A stretch of DNA of 64,000 bases. Source: Candidatus Multivoradales bacterium. GTDB taxonomy: Bacteria > Acidobacteriota > Thermoanaerobaculia > Multivoradales > Multivoraceae. Where the stretch lies: assembly GCA_965223325.1 (NCBI GenBank), contig CBDCWI010000002.1, positions 4,160,001-4,224,000 of the forward strand. The letters run 5' to 3'. A program made the position numbers and the translations under genes. This document shows, piece by piece, positions 54,701 to 64,000 of this stretch (position 1 is its first letter; every line of letters begins with the position of its first letter). The notes under the pieces were generated by a model. That model had not been told where the DNA came from and ran no database searches. It saw only the letters and a list, made by a program, of their open reading frames with translations.

Positions 54701-56206
54701 CTAGGAACCTTGATGCTTTTCGCCGAGCAGGTCGAAGACCGACTTGACCGGCGCGAAGACGTTGCCCGGGATCTCGACGAAGACTGTGTTCCAACCTCCC
54801 ATTGCGCCATTCCAGAGCCCCGGGCGTTCGAGCGCCCGCAGCCGGCGGCCGTTGCGGCTCTTGCGCGCCACGAACCATGCGTTCGGGTCGACGAACGCTT
54901 CGAGGTCCCAGGCTGCGCCGTAGCGGTCACGAAGGGCGCAAGCCATCTCGACCGGATTGAAGTGGGTGGACGCATCGAGGGCTCGTCGCGAGGTTGGATC
55001 GTGCGTGTCGATCTGTGCACCTTCGACGATCTGAAGCGACTCGCCCAGGGAGTCGTCGCGCACCCAGAAGGGGCCGCCGCCGACGTCGCCCGAAGCGGGC
55101 ACCATGCCACAGATGCGCAGCGGACGCTCGAGCACCGTGACGAGAGCCAGGCGGCAGAGTTCATCGTTCTCCTGTAAGAGGGCCGAAGCGCCGGCTCGTT
55201 GTAGCTCCCGCTCGGCGAAGTGCGCGATGCGGCCGAGGTCTCCGGAGCTGATCGCCGGATCGTCAAGCTGTGCCAGGCGCTCGTGGACGCGGACCTCGAG
55301 AGACGCCAGCATGCCGAGCAGGTGGCGCTCGACAAGAACCGATTGCTCTTGCTGATCTTCGGGCAGGATGTTGTCGATGTTGCGGACGGTGACCAGGTCT
55401 GCACCGCGTTTGGCGAAGCGGCTGAGGTTGCCGATCAAGGCGCCATGGCCGCCGGGGCGGAGTAGGAGTGTGCCGTCTTCTTCTCGGAAGGGCTGGTTGC
55501 CCGGCGCCAGGGCGAGCGTGTCGGTCGCTCTGCTCTGGTTGGAAAAGTCGACTTCGAGACGCACGTCATGGCGTTCTTCGACGGCCCGCCTCACCAGGCA
55601 CAGCTGCCTCTCGAACGCCGGCTGGTGCTCTGCTGAAACCGTGAAGTGCACGTGACAGCGGGACACGCCGGCCGACGACTGAACGACCTGGGCCGCTTCG
55701 CGGAGATGGTCCTCGAAGGCGGTGTGCGCATCTGCGCCTGCACTGCGATGGAAGGGCACCAGACCCTTGGGCAGCCCGGCAAGGCCCAGGCCATCTTCTG
55801 AGAGGGCGTGGCGGAGGAGGGCAGCTGGGTCGGTTTCGACCACCCCATCAGGGTCGCTGAACGGAAAAGCTGCCCATTCCTCATGGAAGCGAATCGCATC
55901 GGGATGCCGGGCGGGATCGTCCTGCCCCAGGGCTTCGAGCAAACCCGCGAACATGCGCGTCGCCGCGCCCGAGGCGGGCACAAAACGCGCGATGCGTCCG
56001 GCCGCGGCAGCCGCTTCGAAGGCCGCCAACACCTCGTTGTCGTCAGCAACCAGGTGGCGGATTCCGTCGCCACGCGTCGCCGGCCGAACCAGGGGGGCGG
56101 CTTCGGGAGGTCGCACGAGAAGCTCCATCTGCCGTGCCGCTTCCGTGGCGCTGATTCCTCGCTCCTCCAACCACGCGAGGTCCGCTTCGGAGAGCAGCGA
56201 CGTCAT
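54701..56206 (-). CDS. DUF4301 family protein (nucleotidyltransferase-like)
   Basis: FVPASGAATRMF, RPGGHGALI.NL, THFNPV, ERPGLWNGAM. Confidence 0.9.
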   Translation of the reverse strand: MTSLLSEADLAWLEERGISATEAARQMELLVRPPEAAPLVRPATRGDGIRHLVADDNEVLAAFEAAAAAGRIARFVPASGAATRMFAGLLEALGQDDPARHPDAIRFHEEWAAFPFSDPDGVVETDPAALLRHALSEDGLGLAGLPKGLVPFHRSAGADAHTAFEDHLREAAQVVQSSAGVSRCHVHFTVSAEHQPAFERQLCLVRRAVEERHDVRLEVDFSNQSRATDTLALAPGNQPFREEDGTLLLRPGGHGALIGNLSRFAKRGADLVTVRNIDNILPEDQQEQSVLVERHLLGMLASLEVRVHERLAQLDDPAISSGDLGRIAHFAERELQRAGASALLQENDELCRLALVTVLERPLRICGMVPASGDVGGGPFWVRDDSLGESLQIVEGAQIDTHDPTSRRALDASTHFNPVEMACALRDRYGAAWDLEAFVDPNAWFVARKSRNGRRLRALERPGLWNGAMGGWNTVFVEIPGNVFAPVKSVFDLLGEKHQGS

Positions 56207-56754
56207 GCGAACACGGGCAGCCGGTCACTGAGTTCGGTGACTCTTGGCGCGCTGCGATCGCGATCGGAAAGCTGGGGGTCGGCGAGGGGCCACTCGATGC
56301 CGATATCGGGATCGTTCCAGGCGAGGGTGATTTCATCTTCGGGAACGTAGATGTCGGTGCACTTGTATTCGACCTGCGCTCTTTTGCTGAGCACACAGAA
56401 GCCGTGTGCATGCCCGGGTGGAATCCACAGCTGATGGTGGTTCTCGGCCGAGAGCTCGACTCCAAACCACTGGAGGAAGGTCGGGGAGCCACGTCTGATG
56501 TCGACCGCGACGTCGAACACCGTGCCTTCGATGCAACGCACCAGCTTGCCCTGCGCTCTCTCCACCTGCGTGTGGAGGCCGCGCAGGATTCCGGCCTCTG
56601 ACAGCGAGTGGTTGTCCTGGACGAACGGTCCGCCGATGCCGGCTTCCGCGTAGCGCTCCTGATGCCAGGTCTCGATGAAGAAGCCGCGTGAGTCGCCATG
56701 CACGCGCGGTTTGATGAGACGAACGCCGGGCAGGCTTGTCGCTTCGGTTTCCAT
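56203..56754 (-). CDS. rfbC: dTDP-4-dehydrorhamnose 3,5-epimerase
   Basis: DSRGFF.E, QDNHS.S..G.LRGLH, DVAVDIRRGSPTF. Confidence 0.96.
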   Translation of the reverse strand: METEATSLPGVRLIKPRVHGDSRGFFIETWHQERYAEAGIGGPFVQDNHSLSEAGILRGLHTQVERAQGKLVRCIEGTVFDVAVDIRRGSPTFLQWFGVELSAENHHQLWIPPGHAHGFCVLSKRAQVEYKCTDIYVPEDEITLAWNDPDIGIEWPLADPQLSDRDRSAPRVTELSDRLPVFA

Positions 56755-56760
56755 GGCTGG

Positions 56761-57663
56761 TTAGACGACGTCTTCCGACGTCAGTTCGGCGAGCGTTCGG
56801 AGGATGTACTGACCGTAGTCGTTGTTCTTCATCGCGCGCGCCAGCTTCTCGGTCTGTTCGGCGGTCAGAAAGCCCTGGCGGAATGCGATCTCCTCGAGAC
56901 AGGCCACTTTGATGCCCTGACGCTCTTCGATGGCGGCGATGAAGTTCGAAGCCTGAAGCAACGACTCGTGGGTGCCGGTGTCGAGCCAGGCGATGCCGCG
57001 ACCCAGCAGCTCGACAGCCAGCGCATCCTTCTCCAGGTAGGCGCGGTTCAAGTCGGTGATCTCGAGCTCGCCGCGCGCCGAAGGCTCGAGTGCCGCCGCC
57101 ATCTCGACCACCTGGCCGTCATAGAAGTAGAGCCCGGGCACGGCGTAGGGCGACTCCGGTGTCTTGGGCTTCTCGACCAGCGAGACGGCCTTTTTGTTGC
57201 GGTCAAAAGACACCACCCCGTAGCGCTCGGGGTCCTTGACCCGGTAGCCGAAGATCGTGCCGCCTTCGGTGCGTTGGGTGGCGCGCTCGAGGATCCCCGA
57301 CAGACCGTGACCGTGGAAAATGTTGTCGCCGAGTGCCAGGACGACCGGTTCACCGTTCAGGAAACCGACGTCGCGGCCGATCAGAAACGCCTGGGCAATA
57401 CCCTCCGGGCGCGGCTGGACCGCCCAGGTGATCGCCAGGCCGAGCTCTCCGCCGTCGCCGAGCAATCGCTGGAAGGCGGGCTGGTCTTCGGCGGTGGTGA
57501 TGATCAAGATCTCGTGCACGCCGGCCATCATCAGAATCGACAGCGGGTAGAAGACCATCGGCTTGTCGTAGACCGGAACCAGCTGCTTGGACACCGCGCG
57601 GGTGACCGGGTGGAGCCGGGTGCCGGAGCCACCGGCGAGAAGAATGCCTTTGCGCTCGTTCAT
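56761..57663 (-). CDS. rfbA: Glucose-1-phosphate thymidylyltransferase
   Basis: [36 protein letters not shown]. Confidence 0.97.
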   Translation of the reverse strand: MNERKGILLAGGSGTRLHPVTRAVSKQLVPVYDKPMVFYPLSILMMAGVHEILIITTAEDQPAFQRLLGDGGELGLAITWAVQPRPEGIAQAFLIGRDVGFLNGEPVVLALGDNIFHGHGLSGILERATQRTEGGTIFGYRVKDPERYGVVSFDRNKKAVSLVEKPKTPESPYAVPGLYFYDGQVVEMAAALEPSARGELEITDLNRAYLEKDALAVELLGRGIAWLDTGTHESLLQASNFIAAIEERQGIKVACLEEIAFRQGFLTAEQTEKLARAMKNNDYGQYILRTLAELTSEDVV

Positions 57664-57666
57664 CCC

Positions 57667-58821
57667 TTAGCTCGCTACAGTGTTTCGCTGCGTTTTCTCG
57701 GTGGCACTACCGAGACCGAGGCGGACGCGCTCGTTTCCGCTCTGCACTGCGTTGCACCATTCGCGGTTTTCGAGGTACCAGACGACTGTCGCCTCGATCC
57801 CTTCTTCGAACGAACGCTGGGGCTGCCAGCCGAGTTCGGTCTCGATGCGGGTCGGATCGATGGCGTAGCGACGATCGTGGCCCGGCCGGTCCTTGACGAA
57901 CCTCTTGAGCTCGTCGTAGCTGGTCATGCCGCGCGCCTCGAGATGCTCGTTCTCGGCTGCCGGCGCGTGCTTTTCGAGTGCCGCACAGATCGCTGCGATG
58001 ACTTCGAGGTTGTTGCGTTCGCCGTGTCCGCCAATGTTGTAGCTACGCAGCGCCTCGCCTTTCTCGAGAACGCTCAAGATGCCCAGGCAGTGATCTTCGA
58101 CGTGCAGCCAGTCGCGCACGTTCAGGCCGTCGCCGTAGATCGGCAGGTCGCGACCCTCGAGGGCGTTGAGGATCATCACCGGAATGAGCTTCTCAGGGTA
58201 TTGATAGGGCCCGTAGTTGTTCGAGCAGTTGGTCAACAGCACCGGTAGGTCGTAGGTGTGACCGTAGGCGCTCACCAGGTGGTCGGCTGCGGCCTTCGAC
58301 GCCGAGTAGGGCGAGCGCGGATCGTAGGGTGTGGTCTCGCTGAAGGCGCCTTCCGCCCCCAGGCTCCCGAAGACCTCGTCGGTCGAGATGTGTAGGAAGC
58401 ACACCCCGGGGGAGTCCGACGAACGTCGCTCTTCGGTGGCGCGGCGGGTGGCCTCGAGCAGTTCGAAAGTGCCGACGACGTTGGTGCGGACGAAGGCACC
58501 CGGGTCATCGATCGAACGGTCGACGTGGCTCTCGGCGGCGAAGTTGATCACCGCATCGGGAGTGTGCGATTCGAAGACCGCCTGCACCGCTTCACGATCG
58601 GCGATGTCACCCTCGACGAAGGTGAAGCGTTCGTCGTCCCGGCAGGACTCGAGATTCTCGAGATGCCCGGCGTAGGTGAGCTTGTCGAGGACCACCAGGC
58701 GCTCGAGGCCCGCTACTGGAGCTTGGTCGGCAAGCGCCAGACGCACGAAGTTGGAGCCGATGAAACCGGCCCCGCCGGTCACCAGCCAGGTGCCCGGAGT
58801 GCGTGATGCGCCTTTTGACAT
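57667..58821 (-). CDS. rfbB: dTDP-glucose 4,6-dehydratase
   Basis: TGGAGFIGSNF, AAESHVDRSI, STDEV, YSASK, DRPGHDRRYA. Confidence 0.96.
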   Translation of the reverse strand: MSKGASRTPGTWLVTGGAGFIGSNFVRLALADQAPVAGLERLVVLDKLTYAGHLENLESCRDDERFTFVEGDIADREAVQAVFESHTPDAVINFAAESHVDRSIDDPGAFVRTNVVGTFELLEATRRATEERRSSDSPGVCFLHISTDEVFGSLGAEGAFSETTPYDPRSPYSASKAAADHLVSAYGHTYDLPVLLTNCSNNYGPYQYPEKLIPVMILNALEGRDLPIYGDGLNVRDWLHVEDHCLGILSVLEKGEALRSYNIGGHGERNNLEVIAAICAALEKHAPAAENEHLEARGMTSYDELKRFVKDRPGHDRRYAIDPTRIETELGWQPQRSFEEGIEATVVWYLENREWCNAVQSGNERVRLGLGSATEKTQRNTVAS

Positions 58822-58850
58822 GGCTGGGACCCTACAACAGCCGGGGGTGC

Positions 58851-59213
58851 CTACCGCAGGGCTTGCCAGGCAAAGAGGGCGAACGCCACTATCATTGCGG
58901 CGCCACCGATCGGGGTGATTGCGCCGAGCCAGCGCGGCCCACCCAGCGCAAGGCCGAAGACCGTGGCTGCAAAGAGCGCCGACCCCGTAGCCAGGACGAT
59001 CGGCGCCACACCAACGGGGCGGTTCTGGGCCAAAGGTGCAACCGTGAGGAGGAGCACACCGAGACCGCCGTACATGAGGTAGCGCGCCGCCGTTTCCCAC
59101 TGCTGGAGCTCATGAGGGATGAGCCGATCGCGCAGACCATGGGCACCAAAGGCGCCAGCGGCCACGGACAGCGCGCACAGCAGCGCGCCGGCAGCGAGCA
59201 GGCGAGCGGTCAT
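58851..59213 (-). CDS. DUF423 membrane protein
   Basis: GAFGAHGL, LGAITPIGG. Confidence 0.92.
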   Translation of the reverse strand: MTARLLAAGALLCALSVAAGAFGAHGLRDRLIPHELQQWETAARYLMYGGLGVLLLTVAPLAQNRPVGVAPIVLATGSALFAATVFGLALGGPRWLGAITPIGGAAMIVAFALFAWQALR

Positions 59214-60214
59214 CAGGCTAGGACCTGTTGCACGGCGCCCAGAACCTTATCGTGCAGGAGGCCGTTGGTGGCGATGACGCCGCGGTTGCGATCGAGAGTG
59301 CGCCCGATCGAAAAGTCGAGTGATTCGCCACGAACGTCGGTGACGCGCCCGCCCGCCTCCTCGACGACCACGACGCCGGCGGCGTGGTCCCAGATCTTTT
59401 CGCGGTAGGTGTCGGACTTGGGGAGGCGCAGGTAGATCGACGCCTGCCCGCGTGCTACGGCGGCGTACTTGCACTGGCTGTCCATGCGCACGGGAGTCGC
59501 TTCGACGCCGAGAACTGTCGCGATCTTCGAGTGGTCGTCGTGAGCCGAGTGAGCAGCCTCGACCGATTCACAAAACGATGCCTGACGCGGATCGTCGATC
59601 TGCGAAGCGCGGATGGTGTTGCCTTCGGATTGCGGCGTCCAGCCGGCAATGTTGACCTGCCTGGCGCCCTGGCCCCGCGATGCCGAGAACATGACCCCCC
59701 GTAGAGCGGCGGCGATGTCGCCCTCGGCGTCAGGTCGCACCGGCATCCACGGGCAGCCGAGAACGCCGAGGGAGGGAACACCGTCATCGAGCAGCGCTAG
59801 CGCGACGGCGTATTGCTCCCCGCGAAGAAACCCTTTGGTGCCGTCGATCGGGTCGAGCACCCAGCGTTGGCCAGTTGCGCCGCCCGGGTCGCTGCCAGCG
59901 TCGATCGCGTCGAGCACCGTGTCGGTGGAGATGTCCTCGCCGAGAATTCCGCGTACCTGCGCAACGACTTTGTTGCACAGCTCCCTGCCGTTTTCAGCCC
60001 GGAGCATGGCGGCATCTTCTTCGCCGACCATCGGTAGGTCTGAACCACCCTCGGCGAGGGTGAGAGACACCACGGCCTGGGCGCCGAAGTCGGCCACCGT
60101 GACGGGCGAACGGTCATCTTTGGTTGCCGAGGTCACCAGGTCGCGGCGAACTGCCTGGCAGAGCCGACTAGCGCGCTGGGCGGCCAGGGTGGCGAGGGAG
60201 AGTAGGTCGTTCAA
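59213..60214 (-). CDS. 3'(2'),5'-bisphosphate nucleotidase (HAL2-type)
   Basis: KDDRSPVTVADFGAQA, DPIDGTKGFLRG.QYA, DSQCKY, EKIWDHAAG. Confidence 0.93.
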   Translation of the reverse strand: MNDLLSLATLAAQRASRLCQAVRRDLVTSATKDDRSPVTVADFGAQAVVSLTLAEGGSDLPMVGEEDAAMLRAENGRELCNKVVAQVRGILGEDISTDTVLDAIDAGSDPGGATGQRWVLDPIDGTKGFLRGEQYAVALALLDDGVPSLGVLGCPWMPVRPDAEGDIAAALRGVMFSASRGQGARQVNIAGWTPQSEGNTIRASQIDDPRQASFCESVEAAHSAHDDHSKIATVLGVEATPVRMDSQCKYAAVARGQASIYLRLPKSDTYREKIWDHAAGVVVVEEAGGRVTDVRGESLDFSIGRTLDRNRGVIATNGLLHDKVLGAVQQVLA

Positions 60215-60371
60215 GGTTGCGGCGCTCCTGGAGAACTGGTCCTGCGGTAGGGGACGGTCGTGTTCGAGGGAGCGTATCCGCCGCGGAAGTGGTTGCGGGG
60301 GTTTCTGCGGCCATTCTGAAAAGATCGCTGGGACTGTCTCGCCTCCTTCAGCATCGTCCTTCGAGGTCCGA

Positions 60372-61133
60372 ATGATTCACGGCCAACGGCTGGTTGTCGT
60401 CATGCCCGCCTACAACGCGGAGCGTACCCTCGAGAAGACCTTTCGAGAGATTCCCCTCGACCTCGTCGATCAGGTCATTCTCACCGACGATGCCAGCGCC
60501 GATGACACGGTGGCGCTGGCGCTGAGCCTCGGGATCGAGACCCATGTCCACACCGCCAACCAGGGGTACGGTGCTAATCAGAAGACCTGCTACCAGGCGG
60601 CACTGGATGTGGGTGGAGACATCGTCGTCATGCTGCACCCCGACTACCAGTACACGCCGCGCCTGTTGACCGCGATGGCCAGCCTGATTGCGCTCGATGT
60701 CTACGACGTCGTGATCGGCTCGCGCATTCTCGGGCGCGGCGCGGCCGAGGGCGGTATGCCGCGCTACAAGTACGTCGCCAATCGACTGCTCACGCTGGTC
60801 CAGAACCTGCTGGTAGGGCAGAAGCTCTCTGAGTTTCACACCGGCTATCGCGCCTTTTCGCGCCAGGTGCTCGCTGCGCTGCCCCTGCTCGAGAACTCTG
60901 ACGACTTCGTCTTTGACAATCAGATGTTGTGTCAGGTGATCTACCAGGGCTTTCGCATCGGAGAGGTTTCTTGTCCGACCCACTACAGCGACGACTCTTC
61001 ATCCATTGGGTTGCGACGCGCCTGTGCCTATGGAGTCGGGGTGCTCATGACGTCCCTCCGTTTCCGCTTGGCGCGCTGGGGACTCTTGCGGTCGAAAGTC
61101 TTCGGGGAGGGGCGCACCCTCGAGTCCGACTGA
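60372..61133 (+). CDS. Family 2 glycosyltransferase
   Basis: VVMPAYNAE, DDAS.D, GYGANQKTCY, HPDYQY. Confidence 0.92.
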   Translation: MIHGQRLVVVMPAYNAERTLEKTFREIPLDLVDQVILTDDASADDTVALALSLGIETHVHTANQGYGANQKTCYQAALDVGGDIVVMLHPDYQYTPRLLTAMASLIALDVYDVVIGSRILGRGAAEGGMPRYKYVANRLLTLVQNLLVGQKLSEFHTGYRAFSRQVLAALPLLENSDDFVFDNQMLCQVIYQGFRIGEVSCPTHYSDDSSSIGLRRACAYGVGVLMTSLRFRLARWGLLRSKVFGEGRTLESD

Positions 61134-61272
61134 GCGGCCGTACGGAGCCGCCAGAACCCGCGGAAACTAGAGAAACATTGAAATAGAGTAATATTAGTAA
61201 TAGAATGGTGCGGCTCTCTGCCGGTCGATGGTTCGGCTGGTCTCCTGTGTTCAGGTCCCCTAAGGGGTTGCG

Positions 61273-64000
61273 ATGTCCTTTGCTTTCCGCCCGTTCTCGC
61301 TCGCTTTTCTCATCGTCTTGCTTTCGGTGCCGGCCGCTCTTGCCTCGGTTCCCGCAGCTCCGGTGGTCCATCAGCTGACCCAGCCCGACGGGTCAACGAT
61401 CTCGGTTCAGCAGGAAGGGTCGCGCCAACGGCACTGGTTTCGAACGGTCGATGGCTACGCCGTCGTCCAGGAGTCCGATGGCTGGTGGCACTACGCCGAC
61501 CGGTCGGCGGGAGGAAGTCTGGTGGCCTCGGGCCTGCGGGTTGGCGTTGACGACCTCACCGCCCGTCGCCAGATGGCGACGGGGCTCGCACCGCTCGCCG
61601 ACAACGGCGCACCGGCAGACCGCTACGTTCCCCGTCGAGTTTTGCCGCCTGGTCGCGCTGCTTCGGTCAACCAGCCGGTGCTGGTGATCGTCGCTTCGTT
61701 CAACGACATATCGACGACTTATAGCGATGCGTCCTTTGCCAGTCTGATCTTCGGTGCAACCGACAGTGTCAAGGACTACTACGACGAGGCCTCCTACGGC
61801 GACTTTGCCATCGTTCCGGCCGACGAAACCGAGGGAGTGGCAAACGATGGCGTCATCGCGGTGAGCCTGGGCATGGACCACCCCAATCCTGCCGGTGGCG
61901 ACTCCTCGGCGATTGTCGTTGCGGCCCTGGCAGCGGCGGACCCTTCGATCGACTACTCCGCCTACGACTCGAACGCCGACGGTGACATCTCGGTCGAAGA
62001 GCTGAGCATCATCATTATCACCGCCGGCTATGAAGCCTCCTACTCGGGCGCCAGCCCTAGCGTCTGGGGCCACAAGTCGGGTGTCAGCCCCCAGACTCTC
62101 GACGGAGTTGATTTGAGCCCCTACTGCATGTTCGGCGAGCGTCATGGTGGGCACCAGGCAACCATCGGGATCATGGTCCACGAACTCGGTCATTTGATGC
62201 TCGGACTACCCGACCTCTACGACATCTCGGCCGCCAACGGTGACTCAGAAGGGGTTGGTAATTGGGGTGTGATGGGCGGAGGCAGCTGGCTCGGCGACAG
62301 CGAGAGTGGTGACACGCCGAGTCACTTTCTTGGGTGGTCGAAGATCATGGTCGGGTTCGCCGAGGCGACCGATGTGGTCACGGGCGAGGACCTTGTGGTG
62401 GAGCCAAGCCATAGCACTGCATCGCTCAAGCGCATCTGGACCGACCCCTACAAGCTCTCGACCTACTTTCTTCTCGAAGCGCGCGATACGTTGGGCTTCG
62501 ACAGTGAGCTGCCGGGTAGCGGCCTCCTGATTACTCACATTGACAACGGTCAGACCGGCAACCAGGACGAGACCCACAAGCTGGTCGACATCGAAGCGGC
62601 GGACGGGCTGAACCACCTGGACGACGAAGTCAACCGAGGCGATGCGGGAGACCCCTTCCCCGGTACATCGAGCAACACGGTGTTCGACAATGCCAGCAGT
62701 CCGGACAGCAAGCGCTACGACGGGAGTGCCTCGGGAGTGACGGTCGACGACATCACGACCCTCGCCGCCGGAGTGATGAGCGTCGACGTCGCTTCCTCGG
62801 CGCTCGCCGGCGACCACATTCGCTACGACCAGGCCTACAGCGGCGCGGGTCGCGGCTGGGCCAGCAACGAATTATGGACCGCGGAGCGCTTCACCAACGA
62901 CACCGAAATGAACACCCTGGACGGGGTCGAAGTGCTCTTCTACGACTACAACGAAACCGGCTACACCATTGACCTCTACATCTATGAGTCGATCCCCGGG
63001 GGTTTGCCAACCAACCTGCTCTACAGCGAGGCCAACTTCACGATTGGAAGCGGAATCAGCCGCCTGATGCTCGCTACTCCGCAGGCCTTCCCGGCAGACA
63101 GCGATCTGGTCGTCGTACTCTCGGTCGAGGGTGATAACCCAGCGATCAACACCTGGGCGCGTCATGATGCGACGGGCGCCTCGTCCTCGGGACGGTCGTA
63201 CCACGATTCAAATGGCATCGGGACCTTCTCGAGCCTGGCGGCCCACGGAGATCTGCACCAGCGTGCACTGCTCAGTTCGACTGCCGAGGACGTTTTGACC
63301 GTCACCCTGGCCGGCAATGGCAGCGGCACCGTCACCAGTGACCCGGCCGGCATTGACTGCGGTGCGGACTGCAGCGAAGCCTACGATGCGCTCGAGAACG
63401 TCACCCTGACAGCGGTGGCAGGTGTCGGCTCCGCGTTTGCCGGCTGGACCGGCGATGCGCAGTGCGTGAGTGCGAACGCTGAGACGACGGTCAGCGTTGA
63501 CGGCTTCGTCGATTGCACCGCGACCTTCGTCCTCCAGCAGCGCACCCTTACGGTTGCAACATCTGGCGCCGGGAGCGGCTCCGTTACAAGCGACGCTCCA
63601 GGTATCGACTGTCCGGGAGACTGCAGCGAAGACTACGACTACAACACCGCTGTGACTCTCACGGCTGTCGCAGAGAGTGGCTCGATCGTGAGTGGTTGGA
63701 GCGGCGACTGTAGCGGCACCAACGCCGAAGTCCAGGTCACTCTCGATGAGGCCCGGTCCTGTTCAGTCGAGTTCGGAATCGCACCTGAGATGGCTTCGCT
63801 GTCGATCAATTTCAAGGGCGACGGCGGCGGCGAGGTCTTCAGTCTCGATGCCAACATCGACTGCGGGAACGCGTGCGTCGATGCGGCCGTGGTCAGTGGA
63901 TCAGAAGCCACCCTGGTTGCAAGTCCAGACCCGGGCTCGGTGTTCGTGGGGTGGTCCGGCGACTGTTCCGGAGCCGCGGCCGAAATCACGGTCACTGTCG
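61273..64000 (+). CDS. Secreted M6-family (immune inhibitor A-like) metalloprotease with C-terminal InlB B-repeat-like domains (3'-truncated)
   Basis: Absent from the ORF track because it has no stop in the window. ATG at 61273, signal peptide, QPDG N-motif, HELGH..LGLPDLYD at ~62179, GSG.VTS..AGIDC repeats. Confidence 0.88.
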   Translation, partial: MSFAFRPFSLAFLIVLLSVPAALASVPAAPVVHQLTQPDGSTISVQQEGSRQRHWFRTVDGYAVVQESDGWWHYADRSAGGSLVASGLRVGVDDLTARRQMATGLAPLADNGAPADRYVPRRVLPPGRAASVNQPVLVIVASFNDISTTYSDASFASLIFGATDSVKDYYDEASYGDFAIVPADETEGVANDGVIAVSLGMDHPNPAGGDSSAIVVAALAAADPSIDYSAYDSNADGDISVEELSIIIITAGYEASYSGASPSVWGHKSGVSPQTLDGVDLSPYCMFGERHGGHQATIGIMVHELGHLMLGLPDLYDISAANGDSEGVGNWGVMGGGSWLGDSESGDTPSHFLGWSKIMVGFAEATDVVTGEDLVVEPSHSTASLKRIWTDPYKLSTYFLLEARDTLGFDSELPGSGLLITHIDNGQTGNQDETHKLVDIEAADGLNHLDDEVNRGDAGDPFPGTSSNTVFDNASSPDSKRYDGSASGVTVDDITTLAAGVMSVDVASSALAGDHIRYDQAYSGAGRGWASNELWTAERFTNDTEMNTLDGVEVLFYDYNETGYTIDLYIYESIPGGLPTNLLYSEANFTIGSGISRLMLATPQAFPADSDLVVVLSVEGDNPAINTWARHDATGASSSGRSYHDSNGIGTFSSLAAHGDLHQRALLSSTAEDVLTVTLAGNGSGTVTSDPAGIDCGADCSEAYDALENVTLTAVAGVGSAFAGWTGDAQCVSANAETTVSVDGFVDCTATFVLQQRTLTVATSGAGSGSVTSDAPGIDCPGDCSEDYDYNTAVTLTAVAESGSIVSGWSGDCSGTNAEVQVTLDEARSCSVEFGIAPEMASLSINFKGDGGGEVFSLDANIDCGNACVDAAVVSGSEATLVASPDPGSVFVGWSGDCSGAAAEITVTV

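Noticed and set aside
16236-58248. Long antisense ORFs (e.g. 16236-17873, 19871-21193, 32229-33470, 34573-35874, 38322-39551, 56698-58248)
   Set aside because: High-GC shadow frames opposite well-supported genes.

Overview
High-GC bacterial chromosomal window. The IPTL-CTERM and xDxFE(S/T)GD protein tails suggest an Acidobacteriota/Thermoanaerobaculia-like host (inference). Positions 1 to about 12.1 kb are the distal part of an integron gene-cassette array on the + strand, with about 14 related attC sites and no integrase in the window. The array carries three toxin-antitoxin cassettes, a HEPN RNase cassette, secreted and lipoprotein cassettes, one exactly duplicated cassette and three ~390-bp ORF-less cassettes that share a palindrome. 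An IS1111-type (IS110 superfamily) RNA-guided element sits inside an attC at 7707-9307; its recombinase carries one in-frame stop. A second, recombinase-less copy of its ~475-nt structured non-coding (bridge/seekRNA) end sits at the same position in another attC (11123-11598). The rest of the window (12.3-64 kb) is mostly ordinary metabolic and envelope genes: SSS and NSS transporters, SDRs, an acylase, nudC, egtD, acyl-CoA ligases, pcnB, rfbBAC, a HAL2-type nucleotidase and a GT2. It also holds several large secreted proteins: a GP42-like transglutaminase, a pentaheme cytochrome c, a CotH/lamin-tail protein and an M6 metalloprotease that runs off the right edge.
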